A stretch of DNA of 63,192 nucleotides, filler included, from Chiloscyllium plagiosum (GCF_004010195.1; 4 parts of one record of this genome joined end to end with filler, not necessarily neighbours in it); one strand, 5' to 3'. Shown: positions 1 to 12,883, numbered from the whole stretch's first letter. Notes: generated from the sequence alone by a model not told the origin. Numbers and translations are program-made.

Positions 1-503
1 AAATTCATTGATGCGTGGACGGAGGGGGATGAAGGTGAGTCCTTTGCTGAGGACTGATCATTCGTCCTCAGTGAGGGGGAGGTCTGGGGGGATGGTTAAA
101 ACTTGGCAGGGCTGGGAGCTGGGATCTGGTGTGGGTGTAGAGCTGGGAGTGGGGGCGGAACCTGTAACTGGAGAGAGTGTGATGGTGGGGGGAATGAGGG
201 TAGAGCCATGAGCAGGGGTAGTGTTCCCCTCTGGATTCTGGGGGGTGGGGATAGTGACAGTGGGGTCTATGGGGGGCTTGTCAGCAAAATGCAGGTGAGT
301 GGCGCTGGTGGGGGCAGAAGTGGTGGTGACAGCGGCAGTAGGGGTGGCGGATGTCACTGAGCATGTGGCATCAGCGATGATGTGAGGGGCGGAATTGATG
401 TCATGTGTGATGCATGAGGAATCGTGAGGGATGGGAGTGGTTGTGGGAGTGGCCATGATGGGAGCGGAAGTGACTGTGCTCTTCCAGCACCACTAATCCA
501 GAA
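1..503 (-). mobile_element. Penelope-like retroelement remnant: N-terminal ORF region plus inverted terminal-repeat fragment
   Basis: Minus ORF 58..456 (Thr/Pro-rich) continues past a stop into SVLSKGLTFIPLRPRINEF, the LSKGLxFxP motif preceding PLE RT. 474-503 is the exact reverse complement of 11401-11430, the terminal repeat of the PLE at 11.4-12.8 kb. Confidence 0.8.
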
Positions 504-809
504 GCTTTGGCTGCTGGTGTAATTGGGTCTCAGGAGGCTGTAGCGATTCCAACAATGATCCTCCTGCCAGATCTGGTCTGTGCAACTGCTGTGTGACATG
601 CAGAGCAATATGAGGAAGTTGATCAATCTTTTTGTAGCTCTAATACTGGAGCCAGGCTGGGAAGTTTATATTCCTCAGTAATAACAATATATACCATGGT
701 TATGAAATGGTTTAATTTCTGAACTGTTGATGACTAGTCATAGGATACTCCTCAATAAAATTAAATTCTCAGAGCTTGTTCCATTCTGTCATGCCCACCT
801 GCAAGTGAA

Positions 810-980
810 GAAGACTCCAGCAGTATAGGTAGAGCCCAGTTGGGTAAGCTTCTTCAACAATGTAAGGAGCCTTCAGTAATGTGGAAAGATTCCAGAAATG
901 TGGGAAAGCTCTTCAATTATGTAGGAAGACTCCAGTAAATTAGGAAGCTTCTGTATGAAGACTCCAGTAGTGGAGAAACA
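810..980. repeat. Degenerate ~19-bp tandem repeat (AAGACTCCAGTAATGTGGG-like)
   Basis: Recurrent aagactccag/aagattccag/agcttcttca units followed by aatgtgg/atgtagg. Confidence 0.5.
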
Positions 981-1548
981 CTTTGAACAGAAAAAAGTTA
1001 TTCAATCCCTCAGACCTGCTCCTCTACTGAGTTACAATGTAATTCTTTGAATCAGATCTGACCCTCAACTTGATCTTCCTGCCTTTTGCTTCATATCTCT
1101 TTACTGAACAGACGTTATTATGTCCAACAGCCTCAGCAAGCACACCCTATAGAGTGCAGACGAATCACCACAATGTGACGTTGTGATCATCAAGAAAGTG
1201 CCACGTTAATTGAAGCTAAAGGAGCAAAAGAGAGATTCCAGACAGATGTCACTAAATGATAATTCACATTGATTCTGTCTCATTAAATCCTCATTAACTG
1301 CAATCCTATTCGATTCAGGAAGTCAATAAAGCTTCAAACGATAACTTGTGTGCCCTTTATAGAAAACAAAAAATGAATTCAATCCAAAGGGAGCCTTATT
1401 TCAATTTAGATAATTATAGTCCAGCCTGTAAACCACATTACAACAGATCATATGTAACTGAAAGGAAGATTGTTTTAATTAAAAGTGGCGAACGATCAAA
1501 TCTATTTACACTATCATTGTGCAAGTGATTTGTGTGTTTTATAATTAG

Positions 1549-1660
1549 TCAACATATTTTTTCAGCCAACCTGTTCAGAGATGGTATTATACCCCTCTGG
1601 AGCATGTGAGACTTGAACCTGGGCCTCAGTTCCTGGGTAGGGACATTACCACTGTGCCAC
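1549..1660 (-). mobile_element. Short tRNA-derived SINE (related copies ~36420-36525 -, ~39760-39860 +)
   Basis: Minus strand gtggcacagtggtaatg (A box) ... ggttcaagtc (B box), then ccagagg...tgaacaggttg..aaaatat shared with the other copies. Confidence 0.55.
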
Positions 1661-2099
1661 AAAAGGGCCCACTTGTTTCTTTTCTTCTGTGGGAAATGAC
1701 GAACAGACACGGCCATATATTGACCTCGAATCAGGCAATGGTTTGTCTTGCTCCGTCCTGTGCAGATGTTAGTTAGCAGAACATTCAATTGGCCATTTTG
1801 GGATAAGGGGCAGAGGGAAAATACTTAGGGAAAAATAAAGACAAAAAAGGAGAATTGGCCTATGTTTTACAGATAGCAGCATTGAATATAAAAAGAAGGA
1901 CTCTTTAGTAGTTCATGGGATGAGTGCATCGCTGGGAAAGGAAATATTTGATGTCCGTGCTTGATTAGACTTGAGAAAGTGGTTCTCCGCCACCTTCCTG
2001 AACTGCTGCAGTCCACTTGCATTGGTAAACCCCAACTCCTTTCGGATTTTTCAGTGATGGCAGACCTGCGCAAGACAGAGAGTTAATGCCACAACTCTG

Positions 2100-3520
2100 G
2101 GAAGACTGTGACAGCAATTTCTATCATCCTATTTAGGTTGTCACCCTAATTGGCATCTGGAACCTGTACTTGGCACGCCACTGGCACACAATTCAAACCT
2201 CACATGCATGGAGCACTGTGGGCTAAGCAATGCATTGTCAACTTTCAATGCGGTAGGCAGACGTATTCCTCTTCATTCTCAGACTGTCGCTTAAAGCCTG
2301 CCAAAGGTAACGCTAACTTTGGCAATTCTTGCTTTCATCTCATTATCAATTTGAACAGCTCTGGAGAATGTGCTGCCAAGTGAACGTATCCAGTGCTGAC
2401 AGGTTCTGGTCATGCACAGAAACTGCAGGCTCGTGAGGGGGCTTTCCTGGAGCAGGTTGTTATGCTATGCTCCTTCAGCTTGCCCTGTGCTGAGCCTGAG
2501 GCTGAAGTTGCATTAGAGAATAGGTCCACCGTAAATTGCATCTGAACCAGACCCTCAAGTACGCAGGAAAGCACATAGTGTTTGTTTGGATTTCTTACCT
2601 GGTGTTGTCTCACACTGAGCAGTGTCTGATGCATGCGATATCTGATTTCAATTCCAGAATCACCATCACAGACAGCATCAGAGGAATACTTGCTATAAGG
2701 GGTGTTGTTGTGAACTGTTTAATTCCACTGCTGACTGGGAATGTGTCAGGGACTCTGTATTTCCCAGAGACCCTCATGAGCACACCTTCATGGGACCATC
2801 ATGAATTCATCAAGACAAGTGAATTTCTGCATTAACTTCCAAAGGCTCTCAGAGTTCTCTGGGCCAATGGTCTTAAATTAGTCCATCAGATATGGTGTGG
2901 ATCTCCATGTTCTATACCTGGTGTATCTGCTGCAGCTGTCTACTACATCAGTTATTCCTCAACTACTTTTTCTCAGGCAATATACCCTGGTTGAGATATT
3001 GTGGGAAAACTGTTCAGAAGGTTTCAAGCAAAGATTTTAAGGGCTAAGGAGTGAGAATCCTTTTTGATTATCACCCCAGATTGGCAAGTTCCCTCCTGCT
3101 TATACAGTTTGAGAACGGAAGCACCTTTGTCTTATTTTAGCCCACAAACTGGAGCAGTTAAGTCAGCTTCTTGACCAGCACTGACCTGACCTGGGATTCC
3201 AGCTCCTGGAGCTTTGTTGCTCAGTGGGAGTTGATTGCATTCCTCATTCCTGACTCACTTGTCGCCCAAGATGGTCCAGAGCTTTGACGGCTGCAGATAA
3301 GTGTGACTGCAGGCAGAGACCAGGATGTCTTCTATGTTTTGGTAGGCTGGCTCATCTTCAAGACCATTGGACCTTCCATTCTTCTGATCACGCACAGGTA
3401 GTCCTTGAGTCAGCAAGGCTAGAAGACCCTCAACTAGTTTGGCCTGACTGTCAAAGTGCATGGTTGCTAACAACTCCTTCTTGGGGACTGCAACAAAGCT
3501 GTCCTGGGTTTTTCTTTGAA
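2100..3520 (-). mobile_element. Old, decayed RTE-clade LINE (RT region)
   Basis: Minus-strand translations give SNKAPG, LKLYKQEG..DNQKGFSLL, ESLWKLMQKF, QPAPGKPPHEP and LGSTFSRAVQIDNEMKARIAKVSVTFGRL, collinear with RTE ORF motifs. Many stops and frameshifts. Confidence 0.8.
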
Positions 3521-3527
3521 GAGAGGG

Positions 3528-4098
3528 TGTAAGGCAGAGATGCTTAACTAGCTACTCCAAGACGACTTAAGTAAACAACTTGTGAGGACTTGTTTGTTTT
3601 TTTAAAGTTGGAACAATAGAAGCAGCCTGAATGGGTGTGGTCAACTTTGGGTTTTGGCTTTTTCAGTAGCGTAACACATGTTTGGGATTGCAAAAGATTT
3701 GGAAGCTTCAGCTTATCCTGGCTGCTACTCTCCCTGAATTTTCTCTCAATGTTTCTGGATTAAAGAACTGCATACAAGAATCTGTGTCTGAATTTGCCTT
3801 TTTTGCCAAGAGGTGTGTTTATGGGATGTTACTATATTGGAACAGTTAATTAGTAATAGTTACTGTTTCTATTATTCGGTTCACTTTTCCAGTGTTAAGC
3901 TATAACAAATGCCTCTTTTTTGTTTGTATTTTAACTATAGCATTTAAATAAATTATGTTTTGCTTAACATTGAAAAGTTTGACAAATCCCATTGCATCTG
4001 GAACATAGTACTTCACATCTACCTTTAAAATAAGAAAAAGTTTAGGGTCTCGGTTCCCTTCTTAAAATATTTTGAGAGGGTCTGGTCTGGTCTATAAG
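3528..4098 (+). mobile_element. Probable solo LTR (Gypsy-like)
   Basis: ~570 bp starting TGTAAG and ending TCTGGTCTATAAGA (near the usual ...TAACA end), with AATAAA at ~3947 and a T-rich body. No clean TSD seen. Confidence 0.4.
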
Positions 4099-4641
4099 AG
4101 AATGTAGGGTGAATGTGTGGACCACTACCGGGAGGAACCCCTGCGTTGAGTATGGTATGCATCTCTGGGAGAGGTGCTATCCTTCCCTTACACCCCCATT
4201 GACCAATACAACAGAGAAGGAGGCCCTTTGGTCAATCATGCCCATTCTAGCTCTCTGAAAGAGTCACACCTGACATTGTGCTTCACTACCTGGATCTACC
4301 CTAATAGCTGTTCAACTGTTCACCCTTCAAATGTTTATCCAATTCCATTTTCAGTGCGTGTCTGACTGTTCACGTAGGCATTGTTTACATCTCACGTCAG
4401 GGGTCTTCAGTGCAGTGCCTCACCCCAATAGCTTTACTGAATGTTGTGAGCAAAAGGGTTGGAGGAAAGAGAGTAGGCTTGCTCCATCAAGCCCGCACAC
4501 TCTGCAGAGCTAGAACAACCTGTACCCCACATTAATCATACATTTGAGCGCAGTTTGATTCACAAAGGCACTCTCAGACAGCTCCAAACTATCCAACTAT
4601 CTCAATATCTCAGCTGCCTGTATAGTACTTACAAAGTGTTT

Positions 4642-4992
4642 GGGCAGCATGGTGGCTCAGTGGTTAGCACTGCTGCCTCACAGCACCAGGGACCTGGTTT
4701 GATCCCAGTCTTGGGTGACTGTCTGTGTGGAGTTTGCACACTCTCCCCCGTGCCTGCGTGGATTTCTTCTGGGTGCTCCAGTTTCCTCCCACTGTCCAAA
4801 GATGTACAGGTCAGGTGAATTGGCCATGTTACATTGCCCATAGTGTTCAGGGATGTGTAGGTTAGGTACATTGGTCAGGGGTAAATGTAGAGTAACGGGG
4901 TGGGGAATGGGTCTGGGTGGGTTCCTCTTCGGAGGGTCAGTGTAGACGTATTGGACCCAATGGCCTGTTTCCACACTGTCGGGATTCTATGA
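4642..4992 (+). mobile_element. HE1-type V-SINE (tRNA head, V-domain, CR1-derived tail)
   Basis: ggtggctcagtggttagcactgctgcctcacag head, ctgtctgtgtggagtttgcaca V-domain, ggcctgtttccacactg tail. Confidence 0.9.
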
Positions 4993-5526
4993 ACAGTATT
5001 TTTTTACCATCTCTCAGCACAGGTGACAGTACTAATTAATCTAATCTGAATCAAAGTTATGCCCACCACTGAGCATGTGTCCTCCACGATAAAAAAAGCT
5101 TCAGGTATAGCAGCACAATGCCCTGTGAAATGTATTGTCGCAATCTGTGCTCATCCCTATCCGTAACTCCTCAGTACTTCACTCAATGTTAACTGAGAAT
5201 CAGGCCCTTTGGGGCAGTCTTCAAGCAAGCTGCTGAGAAAGGTATCTCCAACCTTCTCTTTATATGCTCTCTCTCTCTCTCTCATTACAGTTGCTGATAC
5301 CACTAGTGTGTGTTTTCAGCATTTTTTTCATTCCATATTTCCAATCTCTGCGGTGTTTTAGCATTAGTTCTTGAAATGAAGTTTCACCTCCCATTGCACG
5401 CTGCATATTGGGAGAAGTCGTTCATGGCTATTCAGCATTTTTCTCAGCAACTCTTTGCCATATTTTACAGGGAAAGTGAAATAGCCGGCATAGAGCCACC
5501 TCTATCGTGTCAAGCCAAGGAATAAC

Positions 5527-5714
5527 TTGAATTGAATTGAATGGAATTGAATTGAATTTATTGTCACGTGTACTGAGGCACAGTGAGAAGCTTCGTCTTG
5601 TGAGCAATACAGGCAGATCACAGAGTTATGTAGCATAGATTCGTAAATATAATGTCAACAGCAAAAACAAAAACACAGGTACAGACAAATGTACAGGTAC
5701 AGAGTTTGTGAGTC
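5527..5714 (-). mobile_element. Rex1/Babar LINE 3' end with (AATTC)n tail
   Basis: Reverse-complement homologue of 39405-39591; ends gtgacaataaa followed by (attca)n. Confidence 0.75.
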
Positions 5715-5839
5715 CCCCACTCTGATGGGGAGGCTCTCCACCAGTCATAGGTGTGAGGGCCACTTCCTCATTCTACAGCTGGGTAGGAATCAGAGGACGG
5801 CCACACAGATTCAATTATAGCAGCTCTTCTGGTCTTTTT

Positions 5840-6200
5840 TAGCTTGTGTGGACATCACTTCCTGGACCAGCATTCATTGCTTAGAGAGCAGTTAAGAGCC
5901 AACCAGAGTCACATGTAGGCCACGCCAGGTAAGGATGGCAGATTCCTTTCCCTAAAGAGCATTACTGAATCCCTACAGTGGGGAAGCAGACCATTTGGCT
6001 AAATAAGTCCACACTGACTCTCTGAAGAGTATCCCATCCAGACCTATTTCCCCCACTCTATTGAGCTACATTTCCCCCGACTATTATTAGTCGCAATTCT
6101 AGACTTCCACTCAATTTAGTGGCAGGATTTGAACCCAGGTCCCCACAGCTTTACACAGATCTCTGGATTAATAGTCTAGCGATAATACCATGAGGCTATT
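5840..6200 (-). mobile_element. tRNA-derived SINE with nested HE1 tail (~5970-6085); related copies ~19135-19460, 37345-37645, 46205-46500, 49180-49540 (all -)
   Basis: Minus head ggtattatcgctagactattaatccagag...gggttcaaatcc and core ctttagggaaaggaatctgccatccttacctgg shared among the copies. Confidence 0.65.
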
Positions 6201-6394
6201 CCTTTCCCACAGAGGACTCTCACCTACAGCTGCTGTGTGGGGTCAGAGGCCACAGAGGCCACACTTTGGGAAGTCTTTCATTAAAAGCCACCAGCTCGGC
6301 AGATGTGATGTCCCAGCAACAACTCACCATGATCCCTGTCCTGGATCACTCAAGAGGACGCCATCCCAACGGAATTAGTCCGAAAGTGCATGTG

Positions 6395-6575
6395 GAGGGA
6401 GAAATGGAGACAGAAACATAGTTAACATTTCGACTCCGGTATGGTACTTCTTCAGAACCGTTCTGAAGAAAAGTCATGCTAGACCCGAAGCATTTACTCT
6501 GTTTCTCTCTCCACAGATGCTGATAGACCAGCTGGGTCTTGTTTCATATTTCCAGCATCCGCAGTATTTGCTTTA
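6395..6575. mobile_element. PLE-derived inverted terminal-repeat pair (family B); related 5285-5365, 26730-26845, 30183-30390, 46640-46885, 50555-50665
   Basis: cttcttcagaac-c-gttctgaagaa inverted junction; ctgtttctctctccacagatgctg...ccagcatccgcagt terminus; decayed CTGAAGA..GAAG hammerhead core. Confidence 0.65.
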
Positions 6576-6624
6576 ATCCCAAATGAATTGCTTTGGCAAC
6601 AAAGGAATAGTCAACATCCCGACA

Positions 6625-6785
6625 AGCAGATTATTTATTCATTGCCAGATTTCTGCTTTGCGGAACCTGCTGTATGTAGCTTGGCTACCCGGTGTCTAAA
6701 CTATCACTGAATAATGAGAACAACACCTCGAAGTTACCTCATTGACTTCAGCGTGTTTTGACACATCGGGAAAGGTGCTACATAA
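6625..6785 (+). mobile_element. 3' part of a Deu-type SINE with L2-like tail, interrupted by CR1
   Basis: ctcattgacttcagcgtgttttgacacatc..gaaaggtgctacataa matches the tails at 52900-52965 and 49615-49670. Confidence 0.5.
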
Positions 6786-7405
6786 GATTATAAGATCACA
6801 AAATAAAGGAGCAGGATGAGGTCATTTGGCCCATTGAGTCTGCTCTGCCATTCGATCATGGCTCTGATGTTTCTCAACCCCAGTCTCCTGCCTCTTCCCT
6901 GTAATCCTTGATCCCTTTGCCAATCAAGAACCTGTCTATCTCTGTCTTAAATGCAGTCAATGATTCGGCCTCCACAGCCTTCTACGGCAATGAGTTCCAC
7001 AGAATCACCCCAACCCTCTGGCTGAAGAAACTCCCCCTCGTTTTAGTTTTAAAGAATTCTGAAGTTCACTCTGAGACTATGCCCTCAGATCCTAGTCTCT
7101 TCTGTTAGTGGAACATCTTCTCGAAGTGCAGTTTATCCAGGCCTATTGGGATTCTGTAAGTTCAATCAAAATCCTCCTCATCCTTCTAAACTCCATCCAT
7201 TCCCAGAGTCTTCAACTGCTCCTCATATGACAAGCTCCTCATTCCCAGGATCATTCTTATGAACCTCCTCTGGACCCCCTCCAACACCAGCACACCCTTC
7301 CTTAGATACAGGGCCCAAAATTGCTCACAATATTCCAAACGTGGTCTGACCAGAACTTTATACAGTCTCAGCAGTACATCTCCGCACTCTGCTCTTGTAT
7401 TCTAA
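6785..7405 (-). mobile_element. CR1 LINE 3' fragment
   Basis: Minus strand has the CR1 ORF2 C-terminal pattern (LVRPRLEYCEQFW, QRRFIRMI) and 3'UTR. Confidence 0.85.
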
Positions 7406-8039
7406 ATGTAAGTATAAATGTAAGAAAAGTTCAACAGAAGTAGACCATTCAGTCTCTTGAGCCTGCTTTGCCTGTGTCTTGTCTGATCTGCACTGTACCT
7501 GCATTCACTCACCTCAGCCCCATATTCCTTAACGCCTTCTCAAATATCTCTTAACAAATATCTCTCAATCTCAGTCACAAAAATGTCAGTCATGCCAACA
7601 TCACAATGACAGTAAGGGATGAATTAGAGATTCATCTCTTTAGCCAAAAGGAAGCAACGCTTCCAGCAGAGATTACATACCCAGAGGTGTGATCTCTTCA
7701 ATCCGAGCTGACGTTCCCATTTGCATTCTGTGGTAAACTTGCTGCCCGTGTCTTTCTGCTCTTTCACTCTCTCTATTTCTGTCATTCTTGCAGTAAAATT
7801 TGAACCTGTGATCTTCAGAGATATTTTAGGAAATCCTACAAACCAATCCTATAATGGCTTCCTTTAGATTCCTCTGTGCTCAAAGTCCACATCGATGGCA
7901 ATGCGAACCAGGTGGGCCTTGTATCCCAGCAGAAATGCTGATTAGCTACATGCTGCATTCTCCAAGTCCATTTATCGTGGAATTAAATCGATATTTTCAA
8001 GCAAAACCATTTACAAAGTTGAATCTTCTAAATCTTTGG

Positions 8040-8607
8040 AAAGCGAGGTGCTGTACTTTGGAAAAGCAAATCTTAGCAGGACTCATACATTTAATGGTAA
8101 GGTACTAGGGAGTGTTGCTGAACAAAGAGACTTTGGAGTATAGGTTCATAGCTCCTTGAAAGTGGAGTCGCAGGTAGATAGGATAGTGAAGAAGGCAGTT
8201 GGTATGCTTTCCTTTGGCTGAGGGCTGACCTTATAGAGGTTTATAAAATTATGAGGGGCATGGATAGGATAAATAGACAAAGTATTTTTCCTGGGATCGG
8301 GGAGTCCAGTTCTAGAGGGCATAGGTTAGGGTGAGAGGGGAAAGATATAAAAGAGACCTAAGGGGCAACGTTTTCACACAGAGGGTGGTACATGTATGGA
8401 ATGAGCCGCCAGAGGAAGTGGTGGCGGCTAGTACAGTTGCAACATTTAAAAGGCATTTGGATGGGTATATGAATAGAAAGGGTTTGGAGGGATATGGGCC
8501 AAGTGCTGGCAGGTGGGGCTAGATTAGGTTGGGATATCTGGTCAGCATGGATGAGTTGGACCGAAGGGTCTGTTTCCGTGCTGTACATCTCTATGACTCT
8601 GTGACTT
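8040..8607 (+). mobile_element. CR1 (HER1-like) LINE 3' fragment with internal deletion
   Basis: RGNVFTQRVVHVWNE C-terminus; ctatgactct tail. Confidence 0.9.
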
Positions 8608-8782
8608 TATAGCACCTTCCTGACAGACTTGGAGACTGAAAGACTATCCATCATCAGCAGAGTTGCTTAGATCATTGTTTATATTTGTGAATATCTTGCC
8701 ACCATCCTCACAGTAAAACCAGCTGAGTCTCCTTTCAATCTTCCTTAAGAGGCCACTTCAAACTTACCTCCTCAGAGCCATG

Positions 8783-9200
8783 GAGTCATAGAGGTCTACA
8801 ACATAGAAGCAGGCCCTTCAGCCTAATCTGCCCATGCCGCCCAGTTTTCACAATTTAAATTAGTCCCATTTCCCTACATTTCGTCCAAATTAGTCCCATT
8901 TAAATTAATGGGAAATTAGTCCCACTTCCCTCCATTCCCATCCCATTCATGTACGTCTAATATTTCTGAAATGGCTAAATTGTTATCGTCCCCACCACTG
9001 CCTTTGGCAGCCTGTTCCAGACACTCATCAGCCTCTGTCTGAAAAATATGTCTCTCTGGACCCTTTTCTATCTCTCCCCTTTCACCTTTAACCTATGCCT
9101 CCCAGTTTTAGACTCTCATACCCCGGGGAAAAGCTATAGGCTATCTACCTTACATATGCCTTGCATGATTTTGTTGACCTCTTTAAGGTCACCTCTCAGT
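8783..9200 (-). mobile_element. CR1 LINE 3' fragment
   Basis: gagtcatagag tail in reverse; aggtcacctctcag (LRGDL reversed). Confidence 0.8.
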
Positions 9201-9212
9201 CTACTATGGTCT

Positions 9213-10784
9213 ACAAGGAGTGAAAGTGGGCAAGCCCACTGGGCCGAATGGGATTTATCCGAGGATTCTCTGGGAAGCTAGGGAGGAGATGTTGGAGCCT
9301 TTGGCTTTGATCTTTGAGTCGTCATTGTCTACAGGTTTAGTACCAGAGCACTGGAGGATTGCAAATGTGGCCTTGTTCAAGAATGCCAGTAGAGATGACC
9401 CAGGTCATTATAGACCAGTGAGCCTTACGTCTGTTGTAGGAAAGGTTTTGGAAATAATTATAAGAGATAGAATTTATAATCATCTAACAAGCAACAATTT
9501 AATTTCAGATCGTCAACATGGTTTCGTCAAGGGCAGGTCGTGTCTTCCAAACCTCATTGAGATTTTTGAGAAGGTGACCAAGCACGTAGATAGGGCAAGA
9601 CAATTGATGTGGTGTACATGGACTTCAGCAAAGCCTTTGATAATGTTCCATGTGGTAGGCTGTTGGAGAAAATGCAGAGGCACAGGATTGAGGGTGATTT
9701 AGCAGTTTGGATTAGAAACTGGCTTTCTGTAAGAAGGCAGCGAGTGGTGGTTAATGGAAAATATTCAGCCTGGAGTCCGCTTACCAGTGGTATGCCACAA
9801 GGATCTGTTTTGGGAACCATTGCTATTTGTCATTTTTATAAATGACTTGGACACAATCATAGGTGAATGGGTTAGTAAGTTTGCAGACGATACTAAAGTC
9901 GGTGGTGTAGTGGACAGTGCGGAAGAATGTTGCAGGTTGCAGGGGGACTTGGATAAACTGCAGAATTGGGCTGAGAGGTGGCAAATGGAGTTCAATGCAG
10001 ATAAATGTGAGGTGATTCACTTTGGGAAGAATAACAGGATGGCAGACTATTGGGTCAATGGAAAGATTCTTGGTAGTGTGGATGTGCAGAGGGATCTTGG
10101 AGTCCATGTACATAGATCCCTGAAAGTTGCCACCCAGGTTGATAGTGCTGTTAAGAAGGCATACGGTGTATTAGGTTTTATTGGTAGAAGGATTGAGTTC
10201 TGGAGCCGTAATGTCATGCTGTAACTGTACAAAACACTAGTGCGGCCTCTCTTGGAATATTGTGTACTGTTCTGGTCGCCATATTTCGGGAAGGATGTGG
10301 AAGCATTGGAAAAGGTACAGAGGAGATTTACCAGGATATTGCCTGGTCTGGAGGGAAGGTCTTCTGAGGAAAGGCTGAGAGACTTTGGTCTGCTCTCATT
10401 GGAGAGAAGAAGGCTAAGAGGGGATTTGATACAGACATTCAAGATGATCAGAGGATTAGATATGGTGGACAGTGAAAGTCTTTTTCCTAGGATGATGATG
10501 TCAGCGTGTACGAGGGAGCATAACTACAAACTGAGGGGTGATAGATCTAAAACAGATGTCAGAGGCAGGTTCTTCACTCAGAGAGTGGTAAGGGTGTGGA
10601 ATGCCCTGCCAGCCAATGTAGTCAACTCAGCCACATTAGGGGCATTTAAACAATCCTTGGATAAGCACATGGATGATGATGGGATCGTGTAGGGGGATGG
10701 GCTTAGATTAGTTCACAGGTCAGCGCAACATTGAGGGCTGAAGGGCCTGTTCTGTGCTGTATTGTTCTCTGTTCTATGTTCTAT
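9213..10784 (+). mobile_element. 5'-truncated CR1 LINE, ORF2 reverse transcriptase (frameshifted)
   Basis: YRPVSLTSVVGK, QHGFVKGRSC, DFSKAFD, PQGSVLG, KFADDTK, FFTQRVVRVWNALP; (tgttcta)n tail; imperfect TSD ctatggtcta/ctatagtcca. Confidence 0.95.
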
Positions 10785-11364
10785 AGTCCATTGGGAAGAT
10801 CTATTACATTGAAGGTACTATATGAATGTGAGTTATTATTGTAATGCACTGAATCAAGAGCATGGTGACAGATTAGTGAATACAGATCCTTGATTGGCTG
10901 TCCTAAGCAATAGTTTGCCATCTCGCCAACAAGCAGTTTCCACAGTTCCCCTTTTACACTGTGATCACTTGTCAGCTGTTACTTAAATTACAGGCGAGAA
11001 GCCCTGTTGTATTTAATTCTTCCTTGTGGCAGCCAAACAGCAAGTCAAACCGAAACATTTCCTGGAGATTGGAGCAACATCTGTTAATGTCCTAATTTGC
11101 TTTGCAGTTTCAAGAGCCTCTATTGTGACCAGTGTGCATGAACCCAACCTCATTCTCATTTCTTTAACTACTGCTGGTCACTTTTTTTTTAAAAGGAGTT
11201 GATAGCTAGGAATTCCTTTGTAACTGTTCCTGGTCCACCTATCATGATGGAAAAAATGACTAGCAAAGTTACAATGGAACAGCAGGAGTTCATGTTAAAG
11301 TACACCTGAAGGGTGGAGGTAGAATAAAGAGGAAATATTTGGGTGATGATACCTCCATGTTGCG

Positions 11365-12797
11365 GGGTAAAAACAATGACTGCAGATGCTGGAAACCAGA
11401 TTCTGGATTAGTGGTGCTGGAAGAGCACAGCAGTTCAGGCAGCATCCAAGGAGCTTCGAAATCGACGTTTCGGGCAAATGTCCTTCATCAGAAATAAAGG
11501 CAGANNNNNNNNNNNNNNNNNNNNNNNNNNNNNNNNNNNNNNNNNNNNNNNNNNNNNNNNNNNNNNNNNNNNNNNNNNNNNNNNNNNNNNNNNNNNNNNN
11601 NNNNNNNNNNNNNNNNNNNNNNNNNNNNNNNNNNNNNNNNNNNNNNNNNNNNNNNNNNNNNNNNNNNNNNNNNNNNNNNNNNNNNNNNNNNNNNNNNNNN
11701 NNNNNNNNNNNNNNNNNNNNNNNNNNNNNNNNNNNNNNNNNNNNNNNNNNNNNNNNNNNNNNNNNNNNNNNNNNNNNNNNNNNNNNNNNNNNNNNNNNNN
11801 NNNNNNNNNNNNNNNNNNNNNNNNNNNNNNNNNNNNNNNNNNNNNNNNNNNNNNNNNNNNNNNNNNNNNNNNNNNNNNNNNNNNNNNNNNNNNNNNNNNN
11901 NNNNNNNNNNNNNNNNNNNNNNNNNNNNNNNNNNNNNNNNNNNNNNNNNNNNNNNNNNNNNNNNNNNNNNNNNNNNNNNNNNNNNNNNNNNNNNNNNNNN
12001 NNNNNNNNNNNNNNNNNNNNNNNNNNNNNNNNNNNNNNNNNNNNNNNNNNNNNNNNNNNNNNNNNNNNNNNNNNNNNNNNNNNNNNNNNNNNNNNNNNNN
12101 NNNNNNNNNNNNNNNNNNNNNNNNNNNNNNNNNNNNNNNNNNNNNNNNNNNNNNNNNNNNNNNNNNNNNNNNNNNNNNNNNNNNNNNNNNNNNNNNNNNN
12201 NNNNNNNNNNNNNNNNNNNNNNNNNNNNNNNNNNNNNNNNNNNNNNNNNNNNNNNNNNNNNNNNNNNNNNNNNNNNNNNNNNNNNNNNNNNNNNNNNNNN
12301 NNNNNNNNNNNNNNNNNNNNNNNNNNNNNNNNNNNNNNNNNNNNNNNNNNNNNNNNNNNNNNNNNNNNNNNNNNNNNNNNNNNNNNNNNNNNNNNNNNNN
12401 NNNNNNNNNNNNNNNNNGAGGTGTCAGAGATGGTCCAGGTAAATTTAAGGTCAGGGTGCAGTGTGTTGGTGAAGTTGATGAATTGCTCAACCTCCTCGCG
12501 GGAGCACGAGGTGGCGCCAATGCAGTCATCAATGTAGCGGAGGAAGAGGTGGGGAGTGGTGCCAGTGTAATTACGGAAGATCGACTGTTCTACGTAGCCA
12601 ACTAAGAGACAGGCATAGCTGGGGCCCATACCTGTGCCCATGGCTACCCCTTTGGTCTGGAGGAAGTGGGAGGATTAGAAGGAGAAATTGTTAAGGGTGA
12701 GGAGCAATTCGGCCAAACGAATGAGTGTCGGTGGAAGGGTACTGTTGGGGACGTCGGGAGAGGAAAAACGGAAGCTTGGATGCCCTGGTCGTGGTGG
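11365..12797 (-). mobile_element. Penelope-like retroelement, 5'-truncated, spanning a gap: RT core plus 3' terminal repeat
   Basis: GVAMGTGMGPSYACL...LFLRYIDDCIG...LKFTWTIS (PLE RT motifs) at 12418-12660. The terminal repeat at 11365-11504 contains CTGATGA-AGGACATTTGCCC-GAAACGTC. Confidence 0.9.
11505..12417. other. Assembly gap
   Basis: Run of N. Confidence 1.
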
Positions 12798-12883
12798 GTT
12801 TCACAGAGCAGGAAATTGCAGAATCTCACAGCGCAAGACATTCAGCCCATCATTTCCATTCTGACTCTTCAATTTATTGACTC

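Noticed and set aside
58..456. Mucin-like Thr/Pro-rich ORF
   Set aside because: It is the low-complexity N-terminal part of the Penelope ORF.
4642..4715. tRNA-like sequences at SINE heads
   Set aside because: A/B boxes of SINEs, not complete cloverleaf tRNA genes.
11295..12641. Long ORFs of 365-448 aa (also 59805-60831)
   Set aside because: Read-through of N gaps; only the PLE RT portion is real.
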